Made by a program: the position numbers and the translations under genes
DNA from: Patescibacteria group bacterium
GTDB taxonomy: Bacteria; Patescibacteriota; Patescibacteriia; Patescibacteriales; UBA12075
Direction: 5' to 3'
Length of the DNA stretch: 64,000 bases
NCBI GenBank assembly: GCA_018897195.1
Contig: JAHILH010000001.1
Location: 348,565-412,564, forward strand
Notes under the pieces: generated by a model
Told to the model about the DNA's origin: nothing
Seen by the model: the letters and a program-made list of their open reading frames with translations, nothing else
Database searches by the model: none
Shown: in pieces, positions 16,803 to 25,280 of the stretch
Position numbering within the stretch: the stretch's first letter is position 1
Layout: each line of letters starts with the position of its first letter

Positions 16803-16903
16803 CTTGTCATTCTGGAACGAAACGAAGTGCAGTGATAGAATCTTCCGCTTTGTACGTTTTTTACGTAGTCGAAGATCCTATCGCTTCGCTCCAGGATGAC
16901 AAG
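16803..16903. repeat. ~101-bp imperfect palindrome (REP/MITE-like extended hairpin) between miaB and miaA
   Basis: Outer arms cttgtcattctggaacgaaacg (16803-16824) and cgcttcgctccaggatgacaag (16882-16903) pair at 19 Watson-Crick positions of 22. The other three are G-U or A-C depending on strand. Inner arms are atagaatcttc/gaagatcctat and tacgt/acgta. No U-tract follows on either strand. Confidence 0.7.
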
Positions 16904-16908
16904 AGTGA

Positions 16909-18246
16909 TTACACTTCGTCCGCCTCAAAGCCGAAATTTCTAATTTTCACAATTTTCACCATCACAAAATCACCGGCTTCAGCTTTGATTCTCTTATTCA
17001 TCTTAATTACTTTACCCGCGCGTGTTTTGCCATACCATTCTCCCCTCTTATTAATCCCCTCCACCAACATCTCCACTGTCTTGCCTAAATATTGTTCATT
17101 TCTTTTTTTGATAATTTTTTCTAAAATACTTTCTAATCTTTGCGCCCGTTCCTTTTTTACCTCATTCGTCACATCATCGCCCATTTTCTCCGCCGCCGTG
17201 CCTGGACGTGAGCTATATTCGGAAACATAGGCCATGTCGAATTCTACTTCTTCAAATAATCGCATTGTATCCAGGAAATGTTCTTCGGTTTCACCGGGAA
17301 AGCCGACAATAATATCAGTGGTAATCGCCACCGGCAAATCAGCATCCAAACCTGCGCGAATTTTTTTAATCAAATCAAGATAATGTTCACGGGTGTATTT
17401 ACGATTCATTCTTTGCAAAATTTCATTACTTCCCGACTGCGCCGGCACGTGAATATGACGGCAAACCTTCTCGCACTGCGCCACCATCTCTATCAATTCC
17501 TCGCTCATATCCTTGGGATGATTGGTGGAAAAACGCAACCAAAATTCTCCCGGGATGTCATTGACCATTTTTAATAGCTCTGGGAAATTGACAACGTCAC
17601 CCCTCACCCCGACCCTCTCCCGCGGGGCGAGGGAGTTATAACTGTTGACGTTTTGCGCGATTAAATTTATTTCCTTGTAGCCTTTCGCAATCAAATCCTT
17701 CACTTCCGCCACAATCTCGCCTGCCGGTCGATATACCTCACGCCCGCGCGCATAGGGCACGACGCAGTAGGTGCAAAAATTATCACAGCCATTGCCAATC
17801 GGCACGTAGGCCGCAAAAGTCGATTGTCGCTTGGCTTCAATGCTAAAATAAGATTCCTTTCTGATACCATGCACTTTAAATATCTCTTCCGCGTTAACCG
17901 CCCGTAGACGTTCCGGCAATAATTCGTGTAATTTCGGGAGGTCGATTATATTCATCCAAATATCAACACTCTTTTTCAAAATCTTTTGCACATCAGCACG
18001 TTGCGACAAACAACCAGTCAAAACAATAACATTGTTCGGATTGATTTTTTTCAATTTTGGAATAATGCCATAAATCCGACTCTCTGCCGAACCACGCACA
18101 CCGCAAGTGGTAAACAAAACCAAGTCCGCCTTGTCGCGGACCGATTCTTCACTAAACCCTAAATTTTCCAAATACGTGGCCATGCGCTCAGAATCATTCT
18201 TATTCATCTGACAACCAAAAACCACAATATGATATGTTTTTTTCAT
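16909..18246 (-). CDS. miaB: tRNA-2-methylthio-N6-dimethylallyladenosine synthase (radical SAM methylthiotransferase)
   Basis: N-terminal VVFGCQMNKNDSE, radical SAM CDNFCTYCVVPYARGRE, and a C-terminal TRAM-like region. Confidence 0.9.
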   Translation of the reverse strand: MKKTYHIVVFGCQMNKNDSERMATYLENLGFSEESVRDKADLVLFTTCGVRGSAESRIYGIIPKLKKINPNNVIVLTGCLSQRADVQKILKKSVDIWMNIIDLPKLHELLPERLRAVNAEEIFKVHGIRKESYFSIEAKRQSTFAAYVPIGNGCDNFCTYCVVPYARGREVYRPAGEIVAEVKDLIAKGYKEINLIAQNVNSYNSLAPRERVGVRGDVVNFPELLKMVNDIPGEFWLRFSTNHPKDMSEELIEMVAQCEKVCRHIHVPAQSGSNEILQRMNRKYTREHYLDLIKKIRAGLDADLPVAITTDIIVGFPGETEEHFLDTMRLFEEVEFDMAYVSEYSSRPGTAAEKMGDDVTNEVKKERAQRLESILEKIIKKRNEQYLGKTVEMLVEGINKRGEWYGKTRAGKVIKMNKRIKAEAGDFVMVKIVKIRNFGFEADEV

Positions 18247-18300
18247 AGTTATTTTTATTAACTTAATCTAACAGAATAAGGAGAATTTTTCAAGACCGCA

Positions 18301-18334
18301 AATAAAAAAGGCGCCATCTTCGAAAGGTGGCGCC
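18301..18334 (-). terminator. Intrinsic terminator of ORF 18351..18797
   Basis: The minus strand reads CAAGGCGCCACCTTTCGAAGATGGCGCCTTTTTTATTT, with stem GGCGCCA/TGGCGCC. Confidence 0.75.
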
Positions 18335-18350
18335 TTGTGTTGTAATTTTA

Positions 18351-18797
18351 TTACTTCTTGTGCAAATTCAAAAGAACGATATTGCCCATGGCCTTGTTGC
18401 TGTGCAATTTCTTGGAATCATCTGTGGTTTCAGAAAAATTATCGTGAGTACGATAACCGTCCAGATGTATTTTTTGAACAGTTCGACTGATAGCCGCGGC
18501 GCCCTTGGAAGCACCGATGCTTTCCAGCGTTGTTGCCATCGCCAACATCAAATCGAGAATATTCCTTCGCTCCTGCGTCGTCGAGACGGGTATGCCAACT
18601 TCGTGCGCAAGTGTAGTCAATGCCGTGCTTGGGCTGTCCGCTGAAAAAATAGTCATTGTTCTAAAGATCAGTTGGATATCATCCATTCGAACTGCCTCTA
18701 CGGCAACTGCACAAACAGCAGCCATAACCTCCGACAACGATTGATCATGCCTTGCCAGGGCAATTATCACTTCCTTTTCTTTTTCCACCTTCTTCAT
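18351..18797 (-). CDS. Hypothetical protein (148 aa), no family recognised
   Basis: Start set at MKKVEKEKE because it is preceded by gagAAGGAGGagcaag. Followed by its own terminator. The antisense ORFs 18327..18644 and 18505..18744 are judged spurious. Confidence 0.5.
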   Translation of the reverse strand: MKKVEKEKEVIIALARHDQSLSEVMAAVCAVAVEAVRMDDIQLIFRTMTIFSADSPSTALTTLAHEVGIPVSTTQERRNILDLMLAMATTLESIGASKGAAAISRTVQKIHLDGYRTHDNFSETTDDSKKLHSNKAMGNIVLLNLHKK

Positions 18798-18984
18798 CTT
18801 GCTCCTCCTTCTCAATGTTAATATTTCCCGCCTTGTTTCATCCTTGAATTAATTTACTAGCCATTTAATTGTTTGCTAAATTTAAAAAAATCCGTATCAA
18901 AAACTTATCAAAAATTACTTAAAATGTCAACAATATTGGTCAAAAATTACAACTTGCACAATATGGACTTTTATTGTCTTAAAT

Positions 18985-19013
18985 TTGTCGAATATTTTCT
19001 CATATGCTATAAT
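18985..19013 (+). promoter_or_regulatory. Candidate sigma70 promoter with extended -10
   Basis: TTGTCG (18985-18990), 17 nt, then TGcTATAAT (TATAAT at 19008-19013). ATG at 19046. Confidence 0.5.
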
Positions 19014-19045
19014 ATTTAGGTTAATAAAATAAGATTTACGTATTT

Positions 19046-20653
19046 ATGAAAAAACAAAACTACGCGATATTTCTTGTGCTAATCATGATTTCTCTGATAG
19101 CGACCAAGGTCAAGGCGGATGCCTTTAATCCGAATAACATTATCACCGATCAAGAAATATTAGATTCATCCAGCATGTCACTGGAAGATATCCGCAATTT
19201 TTTAAATGATAAAGGTGGCTACATTTCCAAGAATCTTTTTAAAGATTACAGTGGTAAGTTAATGACCACGGCGGAGATCATTTATAATGCCGCAAATAAT
19301 TTTGATTGTGATGATGCCAAGGATTTAAGCGCCAATCCGTCAGTTACCGAAAAGCAAGTAAAGTGCAGACCGGTCACAATTAATCCTAAATTTTTAATGG
19401 TGCTCCTACAAAAAGAACAAAGCCTGATTACTGACACTAGCCCAACCCAACGGCAACTTGATTTCGCTTGCGGTTATGGTTGTCCTGATGGCGTGGCGTG
19501 CAATAATCGCTGGACCGGCATTGGCAAGCAAATCAATTCAGCCTCATTACAATTTTATGACTATGTCAAAAATCCCCAGAACTACGGCTACAAAGCTGGC
19601 AACACCTACACCTTCCGCAACAGTAGCGGTCACGCCGATTCAGTGGTAACCATCGAAAACAACGCTACGGCTGGATTATATAATTATACTCCTCACGTTT
19701 ATAATGGCAATTTTAATTTTTTCAATTTGTGGATGAAATATTTTTCTCGTAATTATCCGAATGGCACCTTAATGCAAGCCAAGGGCGAGGGTGGGGTTTG
19801 GATGATTCAAAACGGCAAAAAAAGACCATTTCTTAGTCGTGGGGCTTTAACCAGCCGCTTTGACACCAAAAAAATAATTACCGTTAGTAAGAGTGTTTTG
19901 GATAGTTATCCAAAAGGCGCCGGCATTAAGTTTCCCCAATACTCCGTTGTCCGCTCACCCCGTGGCACAATCTTCTTAATAGTTGATGATAAAAAAAGAG
20001 GCTTTTCAGATGGCGAGGCCTTCCGCAAGGTTGGTATCAATCCAGAAGAAGTGGTTAGTGCCAGCTGGACCGATCTCAATGCCTATGAAGATGGTGCGAA
20101 TATCACCGCTACCTCCACTTATCCAACTGGTGCCTTATTGCAAGACAAAAAAACCGGTGGCATTTATTGGGTATCCGATGGCACCAAAGCACCACTCTGG
20201 GATGCGATTTTATTAAAAACAAAATTCAAATACAAATCAATTACCCCAGTAGACTCGACTAAATTAGCTAGCTACACCACGGTTGCTCCAGCTATTTTTG
20301 GCGATGGCGAATTAATCAAACCAAACAATTCTCCGGCTGTATTTGTTATTGATCAAGGCAAGCGCCGTTTAATAACGTCCGGAGAACTCTTTGAAGATAT
20401 GGGCTACAAATGGGATAACATTATTGCTGTTACACCAAAAATCCTAGCCCTATACGAAGAAGGCCTACCATTAATTGCTGAGCCAGTCATTACGGACCCA
20501 GGCACTTCAGCGACCAGCACACCAGCAACCAGCACACCGGCCATCTCCACCACGGCCACCAGCACCGCAACCATGCCAGCCACTCCAGTTATCCCAGCTA
20601 CCACCACTGATAGCACATTGCAAAGCGAAATTAATAGTATATTGAATCCATAA
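19046..20653 (+). CDS. Secreted protein of unknown function with C-terminal Thr/Ser/Pro/Ala-rich tail
   Basis: Signal-like N-terminus MKKQNYAIFLVLIMISLIATKVKA. C-terminal TDPGTSATSTPATSTPAISTTATSTATMPATPVIPATTTDS. Confidence 0.6.
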   Translation: MKKQNYAIFLVLIMISLIATKVKADAFNPNNIITDQEILDSSSMSLEDIRNFLNDKGGYISKNLFKDYSGKLMTTAEIIYNAANNFDCDDAKDLSANPSVTEKQVKCRPVTINPKFLMVLLQKEQSLITDTSPTQRQLDFACGYGCPDGVACNNRWTGIGKQINSASLQFYDYVKNPQNYGYKAGNTYTFRNSSGHADSVVTIENNATAGLYNYTPHVYNGNFNFFNLWMKYFSRNYPNGTLMQAKGEGGVWMIQNGKKRPFLSRGALTSRFDTKKIITVSKSVLDSYPKGAGIKFPQYSVVRSPRGTIFLIVDDKKRGFSDGEAFRKVGINPEEVVSASWTDLNAYEDGANITATSTYPTGALLQDKKTGGIYWVSDGTKAPLWDAILLKTKFKYKSITPVDSTKLASYTTVAPAIFGDGELIKPNNSPAVFVIDQGKRRLITSGELFEDMGYKWDNIIAVTPKILALYEEGLPLIAEPVITDPGTSATSTPATSTPAISTTATSTATMPATPVIPATTTDSTLQSEINSILNP

Positions 20654-20712
20654 ATTTAATATTTTAAAATGTAAATTTTAAGTTTTAAATTTAAAGTTTG
20701 CAATTAATAGTT

Positions 20713-21501
20713 ATGTCCTTAGTTTATTCAGCCATCGTCCCCCATCCACCGATTCTTATTCCCAGCATTGGCAAAGAAAATTTAAATAAGTTAGAGGAAA
20801 CCAGCCGATCATTTGAACGTATTCGCAAAGAGCTCATCAAGAATGAGGTGGATACTATTTTTATTATCTCTCCGCACGGCACTATTCAACCCAAGTCTTT
20901 TACCATCAATCTTTCTCCAGAGTTTCATTGCGATTTTCGAAATTTTGGCGACCTCGAAACTACACAAACTTGGTCAGGCAATATCAGCCTTGCCCATCGC
21001 ATTCGCGAACAATTAGAAACTAAGGCGCCCCTACAGATGACCACTGAACACGAACTTGACCATGGCTCCGCCGTACCTCTATTTTTATTAACCAAAGACT
21101 TAAAGCATATCAAAATCATTCCACTCTACTATTCCGGATTGAATTATGACGCTCATTTTAAATTTGGACAACTGCTAAAACGTGAGCTTTTATTTCACAA
21201 AGACAAAATCGCCGTGATTGCCTCTGGCGATCTTTCCCATCGCATTACCAAAGACGCACCCGCTGGCTATTCACCCAAAGGCAAAAAGTTCGACAAAAAA
21301 TTTATCGATCTTCTAAAACAAAATAAAACTGAGGAGATCTTAAAGATGGATCACGAACTGATCCACGAAGCTGGCGAATGCGGCCTAAAATCAATTTTAA
21401 TTCTACTCGGCATCCTGGATGGTATCAAGCATACCCCCAAATTACATTCCTATGAACACCCATTTGGCGTTGGCTACCTGACTATGAGTTTTGATTTATA
21501 G
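20713..21501 (+). CDS. LigB-superfamily (class III extradiol dioxygenase / Memo-like) protein
   Basis: MSLVYSAIVPHPPILIPSIG is the characteristic N-terminal strand/His motif. ATG at 20713 is preferred over the TTG at 20698. Confidence 0.5.
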   Translation: MSLVYSAIVPHPPILIPSIGKENLNKLEETSRSFERIRKELIKNEVDTIFIISPHGTIQPKSFTINLSPEFHCDFRNFGDLETTQTWSGNISLAHRIREQLETKAPLQMTTEHELDHGSAVPLFLLTKDLKHIKIIPLYYSGLNYDAHFKFGQLLKRELLFHKDKIAVIASGDLSHRITKDAPAGYSPKGKKFDKKFIDLLKQNKTEEILKMDHELIHEAGECGLKSILILLGILDGIKHTPKLHSYEHPFGVGYLTMSFDL

Positions 21502-21789
21502 CTAATCCTTCTTGGGCGTAATATTGGTCAGACTGGCAAGTTTAAAAAAATAACGCCACTTATCCTTACTATTACAAAGTTCCTTAGTATCATTTAGGCA
21601 TTTTTCAACAAAAGCTCTTGGCCTATCTTTACAAATTTTAAAAACTGAACCCTTTTTCGTTGGCGGAATGTTTAATTCTTTGATAATTTGCAACGCAAAA
21701 TCTTGCCACTGGTATGCCGGGGCTTTTTTTATTTGTCGACTTTTTAATATGTCTCCGAAGTTCTGAAAACCTTCTTCTTTTTTTTCCAT
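21502..21789 (-). CDS. Hypothetical basic protein (95 aa)
   Basis: ORF only. Its stop codon directly abuts the stop of the convergent gene (TAGCTA). Confidence 0.4.
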   Translation of the reverse strand: MEKKEEGFQNFGDILKSRQIKKAPAYQWQDFALQIIKELNIPPTKKGSVFKICKDRPRAFVEKCLNDTKELCNSKDKWRYFFKLASLTNITPKKD

Positions 21790-21830
21790 ATAAACATTAT
21801 AAGTAATTTCTTGATTTTAAGCAATCTATT

Positions 21831-21839
21831 TGCTAAGAT
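21831..21839 (+). promoter_or_regulatory. Extended -10-like element (TGcTAAGAT) 8 nt upstream of the def ATG
   Basis: ttTGCTAAGATtaattcatATG, with no SD sequence in between. Confidence 0.3.
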
Positions 21840-21847
21840 TAATTCAT

Positions 21848-22333
21848 ATGAGTAAAATACTAAAAATCCTAACAAATCCTAACAAGCAACTGCGGAAAAA
21901 ATCCAAAGATGTCGCCCTGCAAGAGGTTAAAACCAAGCCATTTCAGGCTATGCTCGACAACATGGCCGAAACCATGCTCAAGAAAGACGGCGTTGGATTA
22001 GCCGCACCGCAAATCGGAGAAAATATCCGTCTTTTTGTCATTAATACAAAAACTGGACCGGAGTTTTTTATCAATCCGATTATTGTCAAAAAGTCCTGGG
22101 CCAAAGAAATCGCCGAAGAGGGTTGTTTATCTGTGCCGAATTTCTTTGGCAAGGTGAAAAGACACCGTCAGGTCGTAGTTGATTATGTCAACCGGAAGAA
22201 CGTCAAGCAAAGAGTAGAAGCCACCGGCTTGATGGCTAGAGTAATTCAACATGAGAACGATCACCTGGATGGCGTCTTATTCATTGACATCGCGACTAAT
22301 ATTCATGAATTCACTGGAGAAGAGAATGATTAA
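21848..22333 (+). CDS. def: Peptide deformylase
   Basis: GVGLAAPQIG, EGCLSVP and QHENDHLDG motifs. Confidence 0.93.
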   Translation: MSKILKILTNPNKQLRKKSKDVALQEVKTKPFQAMLDNMAETMLKKDGVGLAAPQIGENIRLFVINTKTGPEFFINPIIVKKSWAKEIAEEGCLSVPNFFGKVKRHRQVVVDYVNRKNVKQRVEATGLMARVIQHENDHLDGVLFIDIATNIHEFTGEEND

Positions 22334-22950
22334 TTGACTTTTTTGCCATTTGTTTTTACAAAGGCATAATATCCAATCAACAAAACAAAAACAGCCACAA
22401 AAAACCAAGAAATTTCCTTATAGTACTGTGACAATAATTCCTGATTTGCTCCAAATTGATAACCCAAAATAGCTAATATAACTGTCCAAGATCCTGATCC
22501 CAGAGTTGTAAATAAGAAAAACTTTTTTAAATCCATTCTAACAAAGCCGGCCGGAATTGATATCAACTGACGGATTGCTGGCACTAATCGACCGACAAAT
22601 GTTGAAACACTGCCATGGTCTACAAAGTATTTTTCCGCTTTCTCTATTTTTGCCTGATCAATTAAAAAGTATTTTGCAAATCTATGCCCAGCCAAAACAA
22701 AGACTAATTTGCGACCCAGCGTCATGGCTAAATAATAATTAAAAAAAGCACCAATCAAGCTTCCAGCAACTCCCGAAGCAATAACGAGATAAACATTCAT
22801 TTGACCCATAGACGCCAAATAAGCTGCTGGAGGAATAACTACCTCTGACGGAAACGGAATAAACGAACTTTCAATTGCCATCAATAAAATTATCCCCCAA
22901 TATCCCATCTTGGCAGTGGCTGTAAGTAAAATCGTCACTATTTCAAACAT
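22330..22950 (-). CDS. DedA-family membrane protein
   Basis: GYWGIILLMAIESSFIPFPSEVVIPPAAYLA is the DedA signature. Start set at MFEIVTILL (ATG 22950). Confidence 0.8.
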   Translation of the reverse strand: MFEIVTILLTATAKMGYWGIILLMAIESSFIPFPSEVVIPPAAYLASMGQMNVYLVIASGVAGSLIGAFFNYYLAMTLGRKLVFVLAGHRFAKYFLIDQAKIEKAEKYFVDHGSVSTFVGRLVPAIRQLISIPAGFVRMDLKKFFLFTTLGSGSWTVILAILGYQFGANQELLSQYYKEISWFFVAVFVLLIGYYAFVKTNGKKVN

Positions 22951-23000
22951 ATTATAACAGAAATTAATATTTATTGTTTCAGTATAACATAAAAAATAAA

Positions 23001-23948
23001 ATGAACAAACCAATCAGAACAATCTTTATCGGCACCCCCGACTTCGGCGTGCCTGCCCTGCAGAGTCTAGTTAATAGCGCAAATTTTGAAATTATCGGCG
23101 TCATCACGCAGCCTGACAAAAAAATTGGCCGCAAGCAGGTCTTAACTTCACCACCAATTAAGGTCACAGCATTAGAACACAAAATTGCCGTTCATCAACC
23201 CGAAAAAATTCGCAATTTCTCTCTTGATGTATTTAGTGATATTGATTTGATAGTTGTAGTGGCCTACGCCCAAATCATCCCCAAGAGCATCCTGGAGTCA
23301 CCTAAATACGGCTGTATCAATATCCATGGCTCACTCTTGCCAAAATATCGTGGCGCTGCCTGCATTCAAGCGTCGATTATGGGTGGCGACCCTGAAACCG
23401 GCATTACTATTATGCAAATGGACGAAGGTTTGGATACTGGTGCCATTATCCACCAAGAAAAAATTAAAATTGAAAACAATGACACAACTGGTGTTATTTT
23501 TGATAAACTTTCAACTCTGGGCGGTCACATCTTGCCAGATATTTTACTAAAATATATTTCCGGCGATCTAAAACCACAGGCACAAGATAATAACAAATCA
23601 TCCTATGTCGGTATGCTCAAAAAAACTGACGGACACATTGACTGGAATAAGACAGCGGTCGAATTGGAACGCTTTGTGCGCGCAATGTCACCATGGCCAG
23701 GCGCGAGCGCAATTACTAATTACAAATTAAAAACTATTAATTTAAAAATTATTTCAACGGAACATTCTGTTTTAGAGATTAACAGTCATACGCCGGGAAC
23801 TTTGTTCATAAATGATGATAAATTATGTGTACAGTGTGGACAAGACGCGCTTATCGTTAAACAATTACAATTAGAAGGCAAAAAAGCCTTAACTGATAAA
23901 GAATTTCTTAACGGTCACCAGAATTTAATCGGCACAACATTAGAATAA
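23001..23948 (+). CDS. fmt: Methionyl-tRNA formyltransferase
   Basis: IRTIFIGTPDFGVPALQSL and NIHGSLLPKYRGAACIQ. Start at ATG 23001. Confidence 0.92.
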   Translation: MNKPIRTIFIGTPDFGVPALQSLVNSANFEIIGVITQPDKKIGRKQVLTSPPIKVTALEHKIAVHQPEKIRNFSLDVFSDIDLIVVVAYAQIIPKSILESPKYGCINIHGSLLPKYRGAACIQASIMGGDPETGITIMQMDEGLDTGAIIHQEKIKIENNDTTGVIFDKLSTLGGHILPDILLKYISGDLKPQAQDNNKSSYVGMLKKTDGHIDWNKTAVELERFVRAMSPWPGASAITNYKLKTINLKIISTEHSVLEINSHTPGTLFINDDKLCVQCGQDALIVKQLQLEGKKALTDKEFLNGHQNLIGTTLE

Positions 23949-23964
23949 ACATTTTTTTAAAACA

Positions 23965-23998
23965 AAACACTCAGCTTCTAAAAAGGCTGAGTGTTTTT
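23965..23998 (+). terminator. Intrinsic terminator of fmt
   Basis: AAACACTCAGC (23965-23975) / GCTGAGTGTTT (23986-23996), running into TTTTT. Confidence 0.8.
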
Positions 23999-24096
23999 GG
24001 TTGGAAAATAAATTCCCAGCCATAGAAAAAACCGTTTGTTTTTATATATTTAGAAAGTAAGTATTGTTTTACGCAACCGGAAAACTCATTAATTTC

Positions 24097-24247
24097 AAGA
24101 AACAAAGAACCCGCGCTTCTTACGAAGTGCGGATTCTTATATCCCCATGCTTAAATCCTAATCGAGTCGCAATGATTTTGACGTCATCACGAAATAACTA
24201 GGAGACATTCAGACTAGACGGTAAACCGCTTTCATCCGAAACGCACT
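24097..24247 (-). ncRNA. Candidate ~150-nt small RNA (orphan promoter-terminator unit), class unknown
   Basis: Minus-strand TTGACT (24280..24275), 16 nt, TATAAT (24258..24253). About 110 nt downstream lies a 13-bp hairpin GAAUCCGCACUUC-GUAA-GAAGCGCGGGUUC (24136..24107; GNRA loop, one A-C mismatch) followed by UUUGUUUCUU. No ORF longer than 9 codons lies within. The unit sits in a 390-bp convergent intergenic gap. Confidence 0.35.
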
Positions 24248-24337
24248 CTAATATTATATATTATATCAGAAACAAGTCAATAGCAAAAAAACCCCAATAA
24301 AATCAACCTCTTACTGGATAATTTTGTATAAAAAATA

Positions 24338-25249
24338 TTATATCTTAGAATATCTCCGAACCGCAATCAAACTTGCTAAAATATTTATTGCCGCCGCTAC
24401 CAGGAACTGGATTCCAAAAATTGACAAAACATTACCGTAAAAATATTGCACCAAATTAACATTATAGCTCACAAAAAAAGTTTCCAAGTATGGCTGCAGA
24501 AGGTTTAAAAATGGCCAAAAAATGAGCATGACGGCGCCAACCCCGAATAAGGTGTAGATTATCGATGAAAAGACGTATGGCAGCTGTATGAACCAATTTG
24601 AGGCTCCCACTAGGCGCATAATCGTAATTTCTTTCTTGTGTGTATAAATAGCAACGCGTACAGAGTTATAAATAACCAATAATGTGATAAAGATAAAAAT
24701 CGAACTCAGGACCAAGGCGGCATTGCTCACCTTTTCCGTAATCGCATTAATCTTCTCTAACATTGTTTTATAATTTGAGAAATTTCTAGACTCAATAATA
24801 TCATCCTCGATAATATTCAATTGATTAATTAAGCTATCAAAGACATCCATACTCTTCGGCTTAATAACCAAGGTTGGTGTTAATGGATTTTTACCTAATT
24901 CCTTCAAGGCATCCAATATCTCCGGATTATCCTGATGTCTTAAGCGAAACTCTTCCATCGCTTGATCTTTAGAAATATATTCCACGCTTTTTACCTCAGC
25001 CAAAGACGAAATTTTCATCTTCAAGGCCTCAATATGGTCTTCTGGGGCATCGGTTTTTAAAAATAAATTAACATCAATTTTTTCCTTAATTGTGTCAACG
25101 GCGGTCTGCCCCACCACCTTAACAACCAAAAGCATATTAACCGTAAATAAAGTTAAAACTAAAATAATAATAGTAACCAATGACAACCAAATATTTCTAA
25201 CCACGTCTTGGATACTAAACTTAATTGCTCGAAAGAATGAAATAAACAT
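24338..25249 (-). CDS. ftsX: Cell-division ABC transporter permease FtsX
   Basis: FtsX topology with four TM segments, a large first extracellular loop, and N-terminal RAIKFSIQDVVRNIWLSLVTI. Confidence 0.85.
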   Translation of the reverse strand: MFISFFRAIKFSIQDVVRNIWLSLVTIIILVLTLFTVNMLLVVKVVGQTAVDTIKEKIDVNLFLKTDAPEDHIEALKMKISSLAEVKSVEYISKDQAMEEFRLRHQDNPEILDALKELGKNPLTPTLVIKPKSMDVFDSLINQLNIIEDDIIESRNFSNYKTMLEKINAITEKVSNAALVLSSIFIFITLLVIYNSVRVAIYTHKKEITIMRLVGASNWFIQLPYVFSSIIYTLFGVGAVMLIFWPFLNLLQPYLETFFVSYNVNLVQYFYGNVLSIFGIQFLVAAAINILASLIAVRRYSKI

Positions 25250-25280
25250 TTTGTAGATTTAAAATAATAAATTAAATATT

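Noticed and set aside
16685-17230. ORF 16685..17230 (+), 181 aa
   Set aside because: It is antisense to miaA and miaB and reads through the 101-bp palindrome. It is an artefact of the palindrome plus antisense coding sequence.
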